From Paragordius varius (taxonomy: Eukaryota; Animalia; Nematomorpha): DNA of 64,000 nucleotides. The first letter of the stretch is position 1. Every line of letters starts with the position of its first letter. The translations under genes were made by a program, and so were the position numbers. This document shows, in pieces, positions 61,523 through 64,000 of the stretch. A model generated the notes under the pieces. The model did not search any database, was not told where the DNA came from, and saw nothing but the letters and a program-made list of their open reading frames with translations. The stretch lies in NCBI GenBank assembly GCA_964247055.1, contig OZ176050.1, positions 7,936,001-8,000,000 on the forward strand, in the 5' to 3' direction.

Positions 61523-62405
61523 CTACAATTTTTGTAATTTTAATTAATCCAGGCTTTGTTCCATCACAATAAGCCCATCAACAAGTATAATATTCTAATC
61601 CACAAACTTATCTACGGAAGTCAATTACTGCTTTTTTATCCAATAATTGCGTTGATATTGCCTTATTAATTATTAATTTTATAAAAAAATATTTTCGCCA
61701 TTTTTGCAAAACAGAATTAAACCTAGAAGAACACGCTTCTTGTATTTTAAATGGTTGATATCATATTTAAATCCACATTGTACAAACTTAAAATGTAGGA
61801 CTCTAAATGCGCCATCTGAAGGGCTTCTTAAGTCTTGAAACTCATGTAGAAAAAAACCACCACCAAATTAGTTTTCTAATGGGTGGTTCGCAAATTAGAA
61901 CACGAACCAGGTTAGTTCCCTTTTATACCTCGCTCCTGTTGAGATGTAAGATAGATGACTACCTTTTTACTAGTCATTAACTGCTACTTTTATCTGACTT
62001 GCGCTTACGTAATTTGTTGTTATTTATTTAAACATAAAATATTAATTTGATAAAACTAACTCATGTTAAATTATGTCTATTTTGTTGGCACCAAACAAAT
62101 TTTTTAAATCAATTGAAAATAATAGGAATTATCATTATACACTAAATAACTTATCAGTTTAACTATTAGTAAAACATTGTGCAAAAAATATCAAAACGTA
62201 TTTTATCCCAAAAAGAGATAAAAATTGGCGATCACACATAAATAGTCTGCGCATAAAGGCGTTTTATTGTAAACTGCTATGGTTGCTAATAAATTTATTA
62301 ATATATAGAACTTAAATGCTTTTTGTATGACAATACATCACAGATGGGGAATAGTTAATAATTTTGCTTAATTTAAAGTATATGTATACATTTTCCAATT
62401 AAAAA

Positions 62406-64000
62406 TTATTTTCTCCATTTTTTATATGTGATATTGGGACTAGTAGTTTGATTAATTGTTGTTTCAGGTGTTATCCTTTTTCGGCTCATTACATTGTTAG
62501 TTGGTGCTTCAATAATGTTGGACTTGCAAACTTTGTCCTTTTCACTTTCTAAAACGTTTTTTTCCACATTGAGCGATTCTTGCATTGTTGCCTTTCGAAT
62601 TTGTCCCATATCCCCAGTGGAGGAACATGAAATCGGTAAATTCTCCCTGTTTAAGTTTTTATTTAATGGCGAGGAATCAAAATTTTGTGGAGCAAATGGA
62701 ATTGAATTGCCCATATTTTGCAGAGTATGCAAGTATAATAGCGATTGTTCTACATTTGGCTGTATGGTGTTGGGTACTGTCGAAAAACTTGATAACGGGG
62801 TTCGTAGAGCAGGGTTCGATAATTGAGATAATGTTTGTTGGGCTGCGTGATTTTTCAAGAAATTTGCATACATTTGATTAAAAAAATGGTGGGCCATCTG
62901 TCCTTTAGGGTCTGCATTGATTATATTTTCATTATTTTTTAGTGATGAAGTTGACTCCTGACTTCTGTCGTAAAATTGTGGATTAGAAGATGACAACGTA
63001 GTTGGGATAGGAGGAGGCCTTGTTGATAATGAAGGATTATTTTTGCTAAGCATGTTAATAATAACATCTAAACTAGGTTGACTTTCAGCCACTTGTTCTG
63101 ACATTGATAACTGATTTTTAGGGTTTGTAATTAGAGGCGGCTTCCTTGATATGTCAGAGCTTGTTTTAGGTGCAATATAATTTTCCGAAGGAAGAGTATG
63201 CGATGGAAAACATGTATTTTGTTTTGCAGAGTATTCATCCAACTTTCTATTCCACTGATTGGTGTTTGTAGCCGAGGCCAGAAGCATAGCATGGTGCTGT
63301 TGTTGATATGCGGCAGCTGCAGCCATCAAAGAATTGTAATAATATAACATGGGCGCTGTTTGAGGAGGCGGTACAAAAGATGTCCCATACCCGCCGACCG
63401 ATGGAATGTGTGGAAAAGTTGGATTGATTGCAGATTTCGCTGGTGGTTGTATCATAGTTTCAGCCACATTAGGCGATGAAAACATCTGAGCATAGGTTGA
63501 TAACCACGGGTTCATCATAGGTATGGAGGGGACTGTTGGTGGTCCCATAAAGGGATTACTTGCGCACATCAATGGCCCATAATGCATGTAGTATAGGTAA
63601 TAATCAAAAAGCTCTCGTGGAAGATTTTTGTATAAGCGAGGGGAAGTGGTAGACGAATCGCTACTAGGACGAGGAGGGCCCGATCCTTTGACATCAGAGC
63701 CAGACGAAGTCACTGTTTGATGTCCACAAACGTATTTATCTATAAAAGATGGCTTTGATGTATCTTTTAATGGCAGATGTCCCATATTGTTTATAGATGG
63801 TTCTCTCTGTGACATAGAAACAGTACTGGTTTTAAAATGTGATATTGTTTTAATATTCGATTTCGGCCATTCCAATTTATCAGTGACTTTTAAAGCGGAC
63901 GAACAAGGAGGATTAAGCGTCGATGTGACTAAATCAAAGTCCATATTATGTAGCTTTAATGAATTTAACCACTTTTGTCTCCTTACAGATGAGGCATAAC
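62406..64000 (-). CDS. Terminal part of a low-complexity Ser/Pro/Gln/Ala-rich protein, probably a nuclear regulator; 5' end lies outside the window
   Basis: The frame stays open upstream of the track's Met to the window edge (..YASSVRRQKWLNSLKLHNMDFDL..). Contains AAAAYQQQHH, Pro/Met/Tyr-rich tracts and basic SRKR and KKWRK near the end. No recognisable domain. Confidence 0.75.
   Translation of the reverse strand, partial: YASSVRRQKWLNSLKLHNMDFDLVTSTLNPPCSSALKVTDKLEWPKSNIKTISHFKTSTVSMSQREPSINNMGHLPLKDTSKPSFIDKYVCGHQTVTSSGSDVKGSGPPRPSSDSSTTSPRLYKNLPRELFDYYLYYMHYGPLMCASNPFMGPPTVPSIPMMNPWLSTYAQMFSSPNVAETMIQPPAKSAINPTFPHIPSVGGYGTSFVPPPQTAPMLYYYNSLMAAAAAYQQQHHAMLLASATNTNQWNRKLDEYSAKQNTCFPSHTLPSENYIAPKTSSDISRKPPLITNPKNQLSMSEQVAESQPSLDVIINMLSKNNPSLSTRPPPIPTTLSSSNPQFYDRSQESTSSLKNNENIINADPKGQMAHHFFNQMYANFLKNHAAQQTLSQLSNPALRTPLSSFSTVPNTIQPNVEQSLLYLHTLQNMGNSIPFAPQNFDSSPLNKNLNRENLPISCSSTGDMGQIRKATMQESLNVEKNVLESEKDKVCKSNIIEAPTNNVMSRKRITPETTINQTTSPNITYKKWRK

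Overview
This is very AT-rich animal genomic DNA (roughly 25% GC by eye, not computed) with spliceosomal GT-AG introns. The species cannot be named from the sequence. The ORF track misses most genes because they are spliced, so I rebuilt them by hand with splice phases checked. Spliced genes: SYAP1/BSD-domain (8134-16351, -), GPCPD1-like glycerophosphodiester phosphodiesterase (~37191-42988, +), SURF1 (43105-45417, -), NUP62 (45445-53151, +) and a HAP2/GCS1 gamete fusogen of at least 14 exons (53187-~61522, -). Intronless ORFs: two divergent, signal-peptide-bearing CNDP-like M20 dipeptidases, a 552-aa membrane protein with a possible degenerate C2 domain, a sepiapterin-reductase-like protein lacking the catalytic Tyr, and a low-complexity ORF running off the right edge. 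The remainder is decayed transposons (hAT, Harbinger, RTE, tRNA-derived SINEs, MITEs), including three large intronic foldback elements. Most striking points: (1) twelve inferred 20-29-nt micro-introns in five conserved genes, alongside kb-long introns; (2) an apparently intact animal HAP2; (3) extreme gene packing, with 27 nt between the SURF1 and NUP62 start codons and 35 nt between the NUP62 and HAP2 stop codons, where the candidate poly(A) signals interlock; (4) secreted CNDP paralogs and an SPR pseudoenzyme. All gene models are manual inferences that need RNA-seq confirmation.
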